A stretch of DNA of 39,474 nucleotides from a virus (IMGVR_UViG_3300025621_000021:1-39474), one strand, 5' to 3'. Positions 19,740 to 27,964 are shown, counted from the stretch's first letter. Notes: generated by a model from the sequence alone, not told the origin. Translations and numbers: made by a program.

Positions 19740-20465
19740 CTACTTTTTGTATGTTTTTAATTTAGTGATTATATATTTTAATATTTCACTTCTAAATATG
19801 TCATTCTCATTAAACTTAAAGCAATGTATACCTTTTTCTTTACTTACTGGGTCGTTGAATAAGTTGAACATGTCTGAGAATCCGCTTCTGCTGCCGATAT
19901 CGCTTTGCATCATATCGCCGCACACAAAGAGCTTTGTGTTTTCTCCTATTCTAGTTGTCATCGTAACGAGCTCCCTGAACGAGAAATTTTGAGACTCATC
20001 TGCTACTACAACTTTATTAAACCAACTTGCTCCCCTAAGGAAGTTGATTGGCATGGCTTGTATTCTTCCGTATTTTAAAAGTTCACTCTTTATGCCAGAA
20101 CCTTTTGGAAGCATCTCTTCGAGCTTGTCCTCTAGTGGAGCCATGTAGGGGTTAATCTTCTCTTCTAGTGAGCCTGGTAGTGCTCCAAGCCCTTTATCTG
20201 CACTTTCGATTGCTGTACGAACATATAGTAAGTCCAGTTCTTCGTTTTTTTGCAAATGTCTTAGCGCTGAAAATACAGCCATGTATGTTTTGGTTGCTCC
20301 AGCTGGGCCAGAAACAAATATTATCTTGGTATTCTCGTCCATAGATAAATCAAGGAAAACTTTTTGCTTGTCGCTTAGGTTTTTGCCTTTTATTACTATT
20401 TTGGTCTTGAATGGGTTTATGTCAAACTCTGGGTCAATATCTTTTGGCGCTTTTTTTCTTGGCAT
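19740..20465 (-). CDS. phoH: PhoH-family ATPase
   Basis: GPAGATKT, LGALPGSLEEKINPY, FLRGASW, VADESQN, TRIGENTK, GDMMQSD. Confidence 0.93.
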   Translation of the reverse strand: MPRKKAPKDIDPEFDINPFKTKIVIKGKNLSDKQKVFLDLSMDENTKIIFVSGPAGATKTYMAVFSALRHLQKNEELDLLYVRTAIESADKGLGALPGSLEEKINPYMAPLEDKLEEMLPKGSGIKSELLKYGRIQAMPINFLRGASWFNKVVVADESQNFSFRELVTMTTRIGENTKLFVCGDMMQSDIGSRSGFSDMFNLFNDPVSKEKGIHCFKFNENDIFRSEILKYIITKLKTYKK

Positions 20466-20528
20466 TTATTTAAGGGTTATTGATTATTACTAAATATTAC
20501 ACAGACTTTAGTGTATAATATATTATAT

Positions 20529-20714
20529 ATGTCAAATATTTCTAAATACGATATTCTGGAGCTTCTTGCGAAGAAAATGCCTTTTTACGCAGCCACTCAG
20601 TGGCTTAAAGCTGAAAATGAAGATCTGGATGGAAGTACTCCTTCTGACTATATGAAAGAAGGTAAATTAAAGGAAGTGCATAAAGTGCTCGTTAAAGAAT
20701 TGGAGGGCAAATAA
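20529..20714 (+). CDS. Stand-alone Xre/MbcA/ParS C-terminal (toxin-binding)-like domain
   Basis: AATQWLKAENEDLDGSTPSDYMKEGKLKEVHKVL fits the A..WL..N..L.G.TP...G...V pattern; ATG 20529 preferred over GTG 20511. Confidence 0.65.
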   Translation: MSNISKYDILELLAKKMPFYAATQWLKAENEDLDGSTPSDYMKEGKLKEVHKVLVKELEGK

Positions 20715-20715
20715 G

Positions 20716-22374
20716 ATGGCGGGCTGGAGTAGTGGGTGGGTAGAGATACCACATAATGTTTTTGCCTTTGGCTTTGCTCACAATTTAGGTACTACAGATT
20801 TAGTTTTCTCAGTTTATTGGTCTGCAGTCTTGCCGGGTCAAGGCACCGTATCTGTCGAAGATATTGATGCGAATTTTGGATCAAAGGTAGAAGTTTTAAA
20901 CGAAAACGAAATTAATTTAATCTTGATGCCGGATGGCTTTTCAGGAGGCCTTTTCAGACCATCTATAGGGGTTCCAGGTTATATAAAGGTAGCAGCTATT
21001 TCTACGGTATCGGACCCTGTGCCTGGTACCGGCGATTTATGCAAAATACTTTCAGAAGATTCGGGCTATCAAATGTTCCGCAATGGATTAACCATACAAT
21101 GGATGAGTAGTCCAGCATTTACTACAGAATCATCACAGGTGGTAAATTTCCCAATACCGTTTGCTTCAAAACCGTTTAAGGTTGTTGCCTCTACGCGTTA
21201 CCCAAATGGTGACGCAGTTTCACAGACTTTCTTTCAAGTTGTCTCATGGGCCAAAGATGGGGCAACTATTTTCGCCCAATCAGGATTTGCTGCTTTTAAC
21301 CCAGTATACGCCGATATAATCGCCATAGGTATAGCAGAAGTTACAGATTGCCCAGGCAGCACCGACCCGAATGATCCCAGCGATCCAGAAGGAACAAAGA
21401 TCAGTCAACTTACTAGCGCCGCCGAATTAAAAGATGATGATTTGTTTGTGATCTCGAAAGAAAACACCGGTGATGGAATATACGATATTTCTCAAAAGAT
21501 TACTTTGTCTCAGCTTGCAACTTATATCGCAGGAGCAGAGCCACCGGCGCCCACTCCTCCCGCTGAAGGCATTGTTCATTTTAGCTCTAAAATAATAAGC
21601 AATGCTTCCTCTAGCACCGAGTCAAAAGCTTTTGAAGACGATGCGTTTTCAGATATAACCGCTGCAGGGGTTTATGAAATTCAATCGACTTATGCATTTG
21701 AATATTACAAACTAGCCACTCCTCAAGGGCCATATCCGTATACCAGGCTTGACCCGAACAGAGCTGGTGATGGTTGGAATAGCTCTAGTGGATTAGGAAA
21801 AGCCGCACCAACTGTCGCAAAGCAAGATCTAAAATCCATGGCAATTCCAGCAGGAACAACCGTTAAGTTCTCCCTGGACTGGACTCACTTAGGCGCAACC
21901 TACACACACCACAATTACACGAGAGAAGATTTAATATTTTTCGAAATCACTGGTCCAGCCTTAATAGTTGATCTATCTCCGGGCGAGCAGCTTCCAGACG
22001 CTTCCTCCGGTACACACCTAGCAAGCATGGGTATAACGCAAGGAAAAGTTTATAATTGGTACAATATATTGCCATATCCCGACACTGATGGCTCACCGAA
22101 TCGTTCGTATGCGACAATATTCGATAAAGGAACATTCTCGGAACAACGAACCGACACAGGTTGGGCAACTGGAGCACCAAGTATAAATAGCCTTTATTGG
22201 AACGATGGGGTTCAATGGAGTCAAACAGTATCTCAAGAACTCTTCCTTAGAGATTCCACTAGAGCAACTATAGATTCGTTATTTAAATTGCCAGCTACCA
22301 CCGCTAATGGGGTCGCAATTGACCAAAGAACTCTACGCAACATGCCCTATACGTCAACTTTGATTATAGAGTAG
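20716..22374 (+). CDS. Tail fibre-related multidomain protein
   Basis: gp53-like fibre domain SGYQMFRNGLTIQW..VNFPIPF; KISQL module; Pro-rich linkers. Confidence 0.7.
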   Translation: MAGWSSGWVEIPHNVFAFGFAHNLGTTDLVFSVYWSAVLPGQGTVSVEDIDANFGSKVEVLNENEINLILMPDGFSGGLFRPSIGVPGYIKVAAISTVSDPVPGTGDLCKILSEDSGYQMFRNGLTIQWMSSPAFTTESSQVVNFPIPFASKPFKVVASTRYPNGDAVSQTFFQVVSWAKDGATIFAQSGFAAFNPVYADIIAIGIAEVTDCPGSTDPNDPSDPEGTKISQLTSAAELKDDDLFVISKENTGDGIYDISQKITLSQLATYIAGAEPPAPTPPAEGIVHFSSKIISNASSSTESKAFEDDAFSDITAAGVYEIQSTYAFEYYKLATPQGPYPYTRLDPNRAGDGWNSSSGLGKAAPTVAKQDLKSMAIPAGTTVKFSLDWTHLGATYTHHNYTREDLIFFEITGPALIVDLSPGEQLPDASSGTHLASMGITQGKVYNWYNILPYPDTDGSPNRSYATIFDKGTFSEQRTDTGWATGAPSINSLYWNDGVQWSQTVSQELFLRDSTRATIDSLFKLPATTANGVAIDQRTLRNMPYTSTLIIE

Positions 22375-22377
22375 ACC

Positions 22378-22608
22378 CTATTTTATTTTATTATACCAAT
22401 ACTTCGAGCTTTGACGCAGTGCGTCATTTGATTCTCTTACATACTCTAAGGCGGAAATAGCTAGCTCGAGCTTTTGTTCAATAAATGAAGAGTCGCATTC
22501 GTCTATTACTTCTTTTATTATTTCCTCAATAAAGTCTATATAGGGACAAGTATTTGTCGGTATTTCTGGCGCTGATTGTTTTAGTTTACTTAATTTGTTG
22601 ATGTCCAT
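22378..22608 (-). CDS. Hypothetical protein
   Basis: 76 aa, P..TCPYID..LEYVRESNDALR; GTGTA 9 nt upstream. Confidence 0.65.
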   Translation of the reverse strand: MDINKLSKLKQSAPEIPTNTCPYIDFIEEIIKEVIDECDSSFIEQKLELAISALEYVRESNDALRQSSKYWYNKIK

Positions 22609-22641
22609 ACTTTATGGTACACATCAAAAAAAACAACAGTT

Positions 22642-23418
22642 TTACTTTTTCTTATCCTTGTAGCCTGAATCAGAAACTGGTACGCATTTGCCGTCTTTCT
22701 CGACATATCCTTCGCTGCACTCTGGAGGATAACCAGCTTTTTCGTCAGCTTTCGATTTTTTCTTTTTGTCTAAAATACTTTTCTTTATAGCGTCAGGAAG
22801 TTTTTTTTCTTTGTCTGTTAGTTTTTCTTCTTTTTTGTCGTCCTTCTTGTCGTCTTTTTCAGCCTTAGATTTGTCCTTCTTTGGTTTTTGGGCTTTTTCG
22901 TAAGCGTCTTTCTTTGGGCGATCTTTATCGCCAGGTTTTGCAGGTTTATAATCTTTACCTTCGCGTTTTTTCTTTTTGCGGATATTGTCCCAAAGACCTT
23001 GCTTGCTTTCGGATTCGTCTAAAAACTCTTCTTCTGATTCTTCTTCTCCCTTTGTTACTTTCGTGACACTCTTCTTGCTCCACATTTTGCAACTCCAGTA
23101 TTTTGCCTTAGTTTTTGGCCCGGGATTATCGCATCCATGACGTGCGCGAAAACTTTTACGACGAGCAGGATCATCACGCTTGATTTCCATGTTTGGATCG
23201 CCGAAATTAACTTTAACGACATTACCTTTTTCATTCTTAACGTATACCGAAAACTTCTTCGGGCCGCCAGATGTACGAAATGGCTTGTTGAGCTTTTTGC
23301 CTTTTTTCTCTTCTGCCGCCCAAGCTTCTTGCGTTACTTCTTCTTCTGTACCTTCCGCCTCTTTAAGTTGGGCGCGAATAGCATCACTAAAATCAAGTTC
23401 ATTATTTTTATCGTTCAC
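22642..23418 (-). CDS. Highly charged phage protein with KVNFGD..RRKSFRARHGC..YWSC domain
   Basis: 258 aa; this domain is recurrent in phage proteins of unknown function; Lys/Asp-rich tail. Confidence 0.7.
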   Translation of the reverse strand: MNDKNNELDFSDAIRAQLKEAEGTEEEVTQEAWAAEEKKGKKLNKPFRTSGGPKKFSVYVKNEKGNVVKVNFGDPNMEIKRDDPARRKSFRARHGCDNPGPKTKAKYWSCKMWSKKSVTKVTKGEEESEEEFLDESESKQGLWDNIRKKKKREGKDYKPAKPGDKDRPKKDAYEKAQKPKKDKSKAEKDDKKDDKKEEKLTDKEKKLPDAIKKSILDKKKKSKADEKAGYPPECSEGYVEKDGKCVPVSDSGYKDKKK

Positions 23419-23791
23419 GTATTATATATTACACGAATTTACCTGTTATTTCTATTTCGGCGCTAGAGAATTAACTGTTTTTTTATATTTACCCTTTTAC
23501 AAAATAGGCCCCCCGATTTTTTTTCGATTTGCATTTTTTTGGGTTTTTTCTTTGTTTTGATTAATTATGGGTTTTTTATATTTGGTTTTTTGGTTTTTAT
23601 ACCCTTCGGATTTTTTTGTACTTGCTATTATTTGAAAATGTAAATTATTAAAAATGAGAATGAAAAACACCACCCCCCGCAAGCTACGCACAGAAAGCTA
23701 TTTATTCATATTCAAAAAAGTGGGCGACCCCTTGCCTATTTACAAGCGTGAAAAAAATCGGGCATTTGCTAGAAAATAATTGAGATAAAGT

Positions 23792-23826
23792 TTGCAATTA
23801 GCTAAAAAATACCTTACCTTATATAT
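23792..23826 (+). promoter_or_regulatory. Sigma70 early promoter, leaderless (representative of many in 23.8-36.8 kb)
   Basis: TTGCAA-N17-TACCTT-ATATAT-ATG. Confidence 0.75.
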
Positions 23827-24039
23827 ATGAAAGATACAATAGAAACATTAAACATTAGACTACAAAAGCAAATTAGAGAATTAGAAAACTTTAAAAACGA
23901 TCCCTTGAACGAAGATTTTGAAGATGGAATTGCAACCTTTGCATGCGAAATAAATTCGACAAGAACACAGATCCTTGAAGAAATTGCTCACAATGATAGC
24001 GAAAAGCAAATTGCTTTGAAATTACTTGCTAAAATATAA
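23827..24039 (+). CDS. Small early protein
   Basis: 70 aa with own leaderless promoter. Confidence 0.7.
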   Translation: MKDTIETLNIRLQKQIRELENFKNDPLNEDFEDGIATFACEINSTRTQILEEIAHNDSEKQIALKLLAKI

Positions 24040-24097
24040 TTGCAAATAACCAAAGAAAAAGTTTGCATAAACTCAATAAATAGCTTACATTATACTT

Positions 24098-24376
24098 ATG
24101 AAATTAATACTAGAAGATTACGAACAAATTAACGATGATGCCTTTGAGGGTACTTTTTACTATGGAGATGATACAGTGATTGCCCAAATTAGTACAGATT
24201 GGCTAATCGACTACGAAGAAAATGATTTTGAAATTCATGCTGTCGTCTTGTCAGTACAACAATATGATAACAACGATCAACCTACTGAATTGACTATAAC
24301 AAATGAAGAAATTGAAAACTTCGTTGAAAATGAGATGCACGAATGGTTTGACGATTATCTCAAGAAAATCGCTTAA
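24098..24376 (+). CDS. Small very acidic early protein
   Basis: 92 aa; TTGCAT-N17-TACATT-N6-ATG. Confidence 0.7.
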   Translation: MKLILEDYEQINDDAFEGTFYYGDDTVIAQISTDWLIDYEENDFEIHAVVLSVQQYDNNDQPTELTITNEEIENFVENEMHEWFDDYLKKIA

Positions 24377-24416
24377 ATAGTTTGACACCACACCTTTAAT
24401 CAATTACCTTGTATAT

Positions 24417-24605
24417 ATGAAAATTAATAACGGAGCAATCTATCACAGTAAGTCAAACAATAAAGCCGTTCGCGTAGTGCGAGCAAATCAAGCCTTAGCC
24501 ATAGCGTATGTCAAACACCACAAACAAGACATTGAGTCAGAAGTTTTCTTTACTGACTTGATGCCCGCAACAATCAAACAAGTAAAACAATATCTAGGCA
24601 AATAA
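24417..24605 (+). CDS. Small early protein, SH3-like beta pattern
   Basis: 62 aa; TTGACA-N17-TACCTT-N6-ATG. Confidence 0.7.
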   Translation: MKINNGAIYHSKSNNKAVRVVRANQALAIAYVKHHKQDIESEVFFTDLMPATIKQVKQYLGK

Positions 24606-24671
24606 ATATGCTAATAATTTATATAGTAACCTCAATAATCATTGGTCTAGCTTATACAAACAAATAACAAC

Positions 24672-24980
24672 ATGAGAAAAGTAACACAACAAATTAAACA
24701 AGCCTTCAATCAAGGCAAATCTTTAAAGGTAGGCAATACAAGGACAGACGGGCAGACCGTTTGGCTACATGGCAACGCAATTGTCAAGCGTGACCCTGAC
24801 GGCTTGGTCAGATGGTCGCTTGCAGGATGGAACACGCCCACCACACGCGAACGCGTCAATGGTATAGCGAATGCAGATGTTTGCCAATTCAAATTCGAGC
24901 CTGTACTAAATGGTCAAGTGATTGACTCATCCGATTGGTTCGCATCGCCTAATAAGTTGCCCGATCCTCTAGTATTCTAA
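24672..24980 (+). CDS. Hypothetical phage protein
   Basis: 102 aa, WLHGNAIV..AGWNTPTTRERVNGI; followed by terminator. Confidence 0.75.
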   Translation: MRKVTQQIKQAFNQGKSLKVGNTRTDGQTVWLHGNAIVKRDPDGLVRWSLAGWNTPTTRERVNGIANADVCQFKFEPVLNGQVIDSSDWFASPNKLPDPLVF

Positions 24981-25006
24981 GCTCTCACATAGTTGACCTA
25001 TACAAC

Positions 25007-25030
25007 AGCCCACTATGTGGGCTTTTTTGT
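25007..25030 (+). terminator. Rho-independent terminator
   Basis: AGCCCAC-tat-GTGGGCT followed by T tract. Confidence 0.8.
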
Positions 25031-25093
25031 GTCCTATCCTATAGTGGTATAGTGCAATAAATAAGTTGGCACGATATATGAACATTACTTTCA

Positions 25094-25160
25094 TAAGTCG
25101 TTGAATACCAAGGGTTTACGGCGGCCATGCCCGCGTAAGTCGTTGGTATTCAACGACTTA
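25094..25160 (+). repeat. 67-bp double-palindrome element R1
   Basis: TAAGTCGTTG aatac CAAGGGTTTA c GGCGGCCATGCCCGC g TAAGTCGTTG gtatt CAACGACTTA. Confidence 0.95.
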
Positions 25161-25235
25161 TGCAATAAACAAAATAAATGAAAATAAATCGCCAAATAGC
25201 TTGACATTACGCACATATGCCCCTATGTTATATAT

Positions 25236-25406
25236 ATGATAACAATTACATTAAACAAGAACTTCACCAAATGGCTCAACATTACTATGTTCGGCAAGCT
25301 AATAGATAACGCTACAAATTCAGCTAATGCGATGCAAATTGCTAGCAGGCTACAAAGACAACACAAGCAGGCAACAGGCGAAAAATTAGTGATTATATCA
25401 CGATAA
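25236..25406 (+). CDS. Small protein (56 aa), paralog of 28189-28362
   Basis: Own translation MITITLNKNFTKWLNITMFGKLIDNATNSANAMQIASRLQRQHKQATGEKLVIISR; TTGACA-N17-TATGTT-N6-ATG. Confidence 0.75.
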   Translation: MITITLNKNFTKWLNITMFGKLIDNATNSANAMQIASRLQRQHKQATGEKLVIISR

Positions 25407-25444
25407 CGCTTGACACCACCCACCCAATAGATTACCTTATATAT

Positions 25445-25639
25445 ATGAACGAAAAACAAAGACTACAAGAAATTATCGACAATAACCTCGAAGCAGCTAA
25501 TAATGGGTCAGGCTCGGCTATGATGCAATGCGTAGCCGCTCAAGCAGACCTTGATAGGATAGCACAGGCAGAGGCTAACGAGCTAGAGGCTTATATAGCA
25601 CACACACCACTACCTACCCCCCTTAACATAGTAGACTAA
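25445..25639 (+). CDS. Small protein, near-identical paralog of 26987-27181
   Basis: 64 aa MNEKQRLQEII..; leaderless promoter. Confidence 0.8.
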   Translation: MNEKQRLQEIIDNNLEAANNGSGSAMMQCVAAQADLDRIAQAEANELEAYIAHTPLPTPLNIVD

Positions 25640-25669
25640 TACAATGGCATGGTAGTGCTTAATACCCCC

Positions 25670-25736
25670 TAAGTCGTTGACTATCAGGCACTTACGGCGG
25701 CCCGGCCGGCATAAGCCGTTGAATAACAACAACTTA
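25670..25736 (+). repeat. 67-bp element R2
   Basis: TAAGTCGTTG actat CAGGCACTTA c GGCGGCCCGGCCGGC a TAAGCCGTTG aataa CAACAACTTA. Confidence 0.95.
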
Positions 25737-25863
25737 CGGCATAATTGACACAAGTTCCGTGCCAACTTCCCAAGAAAACCCCAAGAGAATAGTGCATCAA
25801 CATAGTTGAAAGGTAAGTGAGAAAAAGCTTGTGTTTTGCCGGCTTTACCATTACATTGTATAT

Positions 25864-26091
25864 ATGAACATAATAGAACAAACAAAATACGAATTAGATT
25901 TGGATCTCGACCTTGGCTTGGCATTAGCTGAGGCAGAAGGCGACTTGAACCACTTGGCTCGCGAGTCAAATTCATCCGATTGGCAAGGCTCAATCACGCA
26001 GGGCATAACAATTCTTGACGCGTTGAACGCAGTACAAAAAGCAAGAAAAGCTTTCCAAGAAATAAAGCAAAATAATAGCCGGAAAGCTTGA
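25864..26091 (+). CDS. Small helical protein
   Basis: ATG 25864 follows TTGTGT-N17-TACATT-N6; track start 25831 lies inside the promoter. Confidence 0.7.
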   Translation: MNIIEQTKYELDLDLDLGLALAEAEGDLNHLARESNSSDWQGSITQGITILDALNAVQKARKAFQEIKQNNSRKA

Positions 26092-26122
26092 CATTAGGCG
26101 TATATGCCCTTATGTTATATAT

Positions 26123-26278
26123 ATGGAAATTAAGATTAAACCCCTCTGCACTTGGTCAAATGTCGTATTCGATTTATACATCGGAAACAATTACTCCGGA
26201 TCATTCGATTCTTTTAAGGAAGCTCAAAGCTATGGGCTTAAATTGACAAGCTCTTTTCTTTTACTAGAAAATAACTGA
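26123..26278 (+). CDS. Small protein (51 aa)
   Basis: Own translation MEIKIKPLCTWSNVVFDLYIGNNYSGSFDSFKEAQSYG..; promoter nearly identical to that of 25236. Confidence 0.7.
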   Translation: MEIKIKPLCTWSNVVFDLYIGNNYSGSFDSFKEAQSYGLKLTSSFLLLENN

Positions 26279-26284
26279 AATAAT

Positions 26285-26434
26285 ATGCTAGATAACAAAA
26301 TACAGAAATTCATTCAAGACAATGGTCTTGTTCGCATTCAAGCCAGCCCAATGTCCGAGGCTTTTGATCTTTGGGAATGTCCCGGCGGTCATGTTTGGAC
26401 TTTTGACATGATCATCGACTCAGCCAAGAAATAA
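26285..26434 (+). CDS. Small protein (49 aa)
   Basis: Own translation MLDNKIQKFIQDNGLVRIQASPMSEAFDLWECPGGHVWTFDMIIDSAKK; ends 12 nt before R3. Confidence 0.65.
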   Translation: MLDNKIQKFIQDNGLVRIQASPMSEAFDLWECPGGHVWTFDMIIDSAKK

Positions 26435-26446
26435 CCCAAAAACCCC

Positions 26447-26513
26447 TAAGTCGTTGAATACCAAGGGTTTACGGCGGCCAGGCCCGCGTAAGTCGTTGTA
26501 TACCAACGACTTA
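26447..26513 (+). repeat. 67-bp element R3
   Basis: TAAGTCGTTG aatac CAAGGGTTTA c GGCGGCCAGGCCCGC g TAAGTCGTTG tatac CAACGACTTA. Confidence 0.95.
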
Positions 26514-26587
26514 TGACAAAGTAAAATAAATGCAAAATAATCAATATATCGCTTGACTTTAGCCACTTCATGCACTAGATTGTATAT

Positions 26588-26938
26588 ATGAAATCATTAT
26601 ATAATACAGATACAAAAGAATTCACTTTTAACTTTATCATGTGCATCGAAGGCAAAGCCTATCGAGTCGAGGCTATAGCTTGCGAGGACGACATAATGCT
26701 TAGCGAGCAATATCGCCCTGAATACATAGATGTTTACATGGCTAAATTGACAAACGAAAAAACAAACGAATTGACAGAGTCAAATGTCTACCAAAATAAA
26801 GATCTTTTAAAAGTAGTAAGCGACAAGCTTACGGAAAGGCTAATTACTAACGCTAGTAAAACTTGGTTCGTTACTGATGCACCAAGATTATTCCTTGAAC
26901 AATTCGATAATAGCCTCGAAATAATGTTTAATAAATAA
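26588..26938 (+). CDS. Hypothetical early protein
   Basis: 116 aa; TTGACT-N17-TAGATT-N6-ATG. Confidence 0.75.
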   Translation: MKSLYNTDTKEFTFNFIMCIEGKAYRVEAIACEDDIMLSEQYRPEYIDVYMAKLTNEKTNELTESNVYQNKDLLKVVSDKLTERLITNASKTWFVTDAPRLFLEQFDNSLEIMFNK

Positions 26939-26986
26939 TTCCCTAAATAGCTTGACAATAACTCAATAATCCTTTACCTTATATAT

Positions 26987-27181
26987 GTGAACGAAAAACA
27001 AAGACTACAAGAAATAATCAACGATAACCTCGAAGCAGCTAATAACGGATCTGGTTCAGCTATGATGCAGTGCGTGGCGGCTCAAGCCGACCTTGACAGA
27101 ATAGCACAGGCAGAGCGTAGCGAGTTAGAGGCTTACATCGCCCACACTCCATTGCCTGACCCCATTATCTTGGTTGATTAA
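26987..27181 (+). CDS. Small protein, paralog of 25445-25639
   Basis: 64 aa, GTG start, TTGACA-N17-TACCTT-N6. Confidence 0.8.
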   Translation: MNEKQRLQEIINDNLEAANNGSGSAMMQCVAAQADLDRIAQAERSELEAYIAHTPLPDPIILVD

Positions 27182-27192
27182 ACAAAATCCCC

Positions 27193-27259
27193 TAACTCGT
27201 TGATTATCAACGGGTTACGGCGGCCCGGCCCGCGTAAGTCGTTGATATACAATGACTTA
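27193..27259 (+). repeat. 67-bp element R4
   Basis: TAACTCGTTG attat CAACGGGTTA c GGCGGCCCGGCCCGC g TAAGTCGTTG atata CAATGACTTA. Confidence 0.95.
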
Positions 27260-27323
27260 TGGAAAGATAAAAAAAAGTGAAACTTTTTCTTGACTTTGGC
27301 CCAGAATAAGGCTATATTAGGGT

Positions 27324-27467
27324 ATGAATAAAAATACTACATCTCACAAAAATACTAACGCTGACAAAAAAGTCAACATCTGCCCCGCACTAAATCAAAT
27401 TTTCTCAGTACACGGAAAATCTCTAAACCAGCAGTTGGTCGCAATAACTGCGATTAAGAAAAGTTAA
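27324..27467 (+). CDS. Small protein (47 aa), single-gene cassette between R4 and R5
   Basis: Own translation MNKNTTSHKNTNADKKVNICPALNQIFSVHGKSLNQQLVAITAIKKS; TTGACT-N17-TATATT-N5-ATG. Confidence 0.65.
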   Translation: MNKNTTSHKNTNADKKVNICPALNQIFSVHGKSLNQQLVAITAIKKS

Positions 27468-27479
27468 CCTTAAATCCCA

Positions 27480-27546
27480 TAAGTCGTTGGTAACCAATGG
27501 GTTACAGCGGCCCGGCCCGCGTAAGTCGTTGATATACAATGACTTA
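27480..27546 (+). repeat. 67-bp element R5
   Basis: TAAGTCGTTG gtaac CAATGGGTTA c AGCGGCCCGGCCCGC g TAAGTCGTTG atata CAATGACTTA. Confidence 0.95.
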
Positions 27547-27609
27547 TGGAAAGATAAAAAAAGTGAAACTTTTTCTTGACTTTGGCCCAGAATAAGGCTA
27601 TATTAGGGT

Positions 27610-27786
27610 ATGATTAAAATTAACGATGCAGTATCCACCCCATTTTTCAAAGTGGGACAAGTCAACGAGATAGAGGTCAACTCTAAAGGTGTCGAGATGG
27701 CTAGAGTCAGAGCCATGGGTTCTGATAAAACCAAATGGTTTAAGCTTGACAGCCTCACCCTACTATGGCACGCCTCTAACTTCTAA
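27610..27786 (+). CDS. Small SH3/KOW-like protein (58 aa), single-gene cassette between R5 and R6
   Basis: Own translation MIKINDAVSTPFFKVGQVNEIEVNSKGVEMARVRAMGSDKTKWFKLDSLTLLWHASNF; same promoter as 27324. Confidence 0.7.
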   Translation: MIKINDAVSTPFFKVGQVNEIEVNSKGVEMARVRAMGSDKTKWFKLDSLTLLWHASNF

Positions 27787-27791
27787 TCCCA

Positions 27792-27900
27792 TAAGTCGTT
27801 GGTAACCAATGGGTTACGGCGGCCCGGCCCGCGTAAGTCGTTGAGTATCAAGTACTTAGGTGGGTTAGGCCCGCCTAAGTCGTTGACTACCAACAAGTTA
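27792..27900 (+). repeat. Triple-arm element R6 (67 bp plus a further 42-bp core-arm unit)
   Basis: Arms start at 27792, 27834 and 27876; cores GGCGGCCCGGCCCGC and GTGGGTTAGGCCCGC. Confidence 0.95.
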
Positions 27901-27964
27901 GGGGATTAAAAATTATTATTTACTATTTATCTATTTGCTATTTATCTATTTGCTATTTGTAGAT

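Noticed and set aside
20716-22374. Diversity-generating retroelement target in the fibre gene
   Set aside because: No template/variable repeat pair with adenine-specific mismatches noticed and no reverse transcriptase in the window
23497-23691. 64-aa minus-strand ORF
   Set aside because: Low-complexity K/N-rich translation of a T-rich intergenic tract with no start signals
25223-25993. Minus-strand ORFs 25223-25459, 25610-25993, 25684-25881
   Set aside because: Overlap better-supported plus-strand genes with promoters and run through element R2
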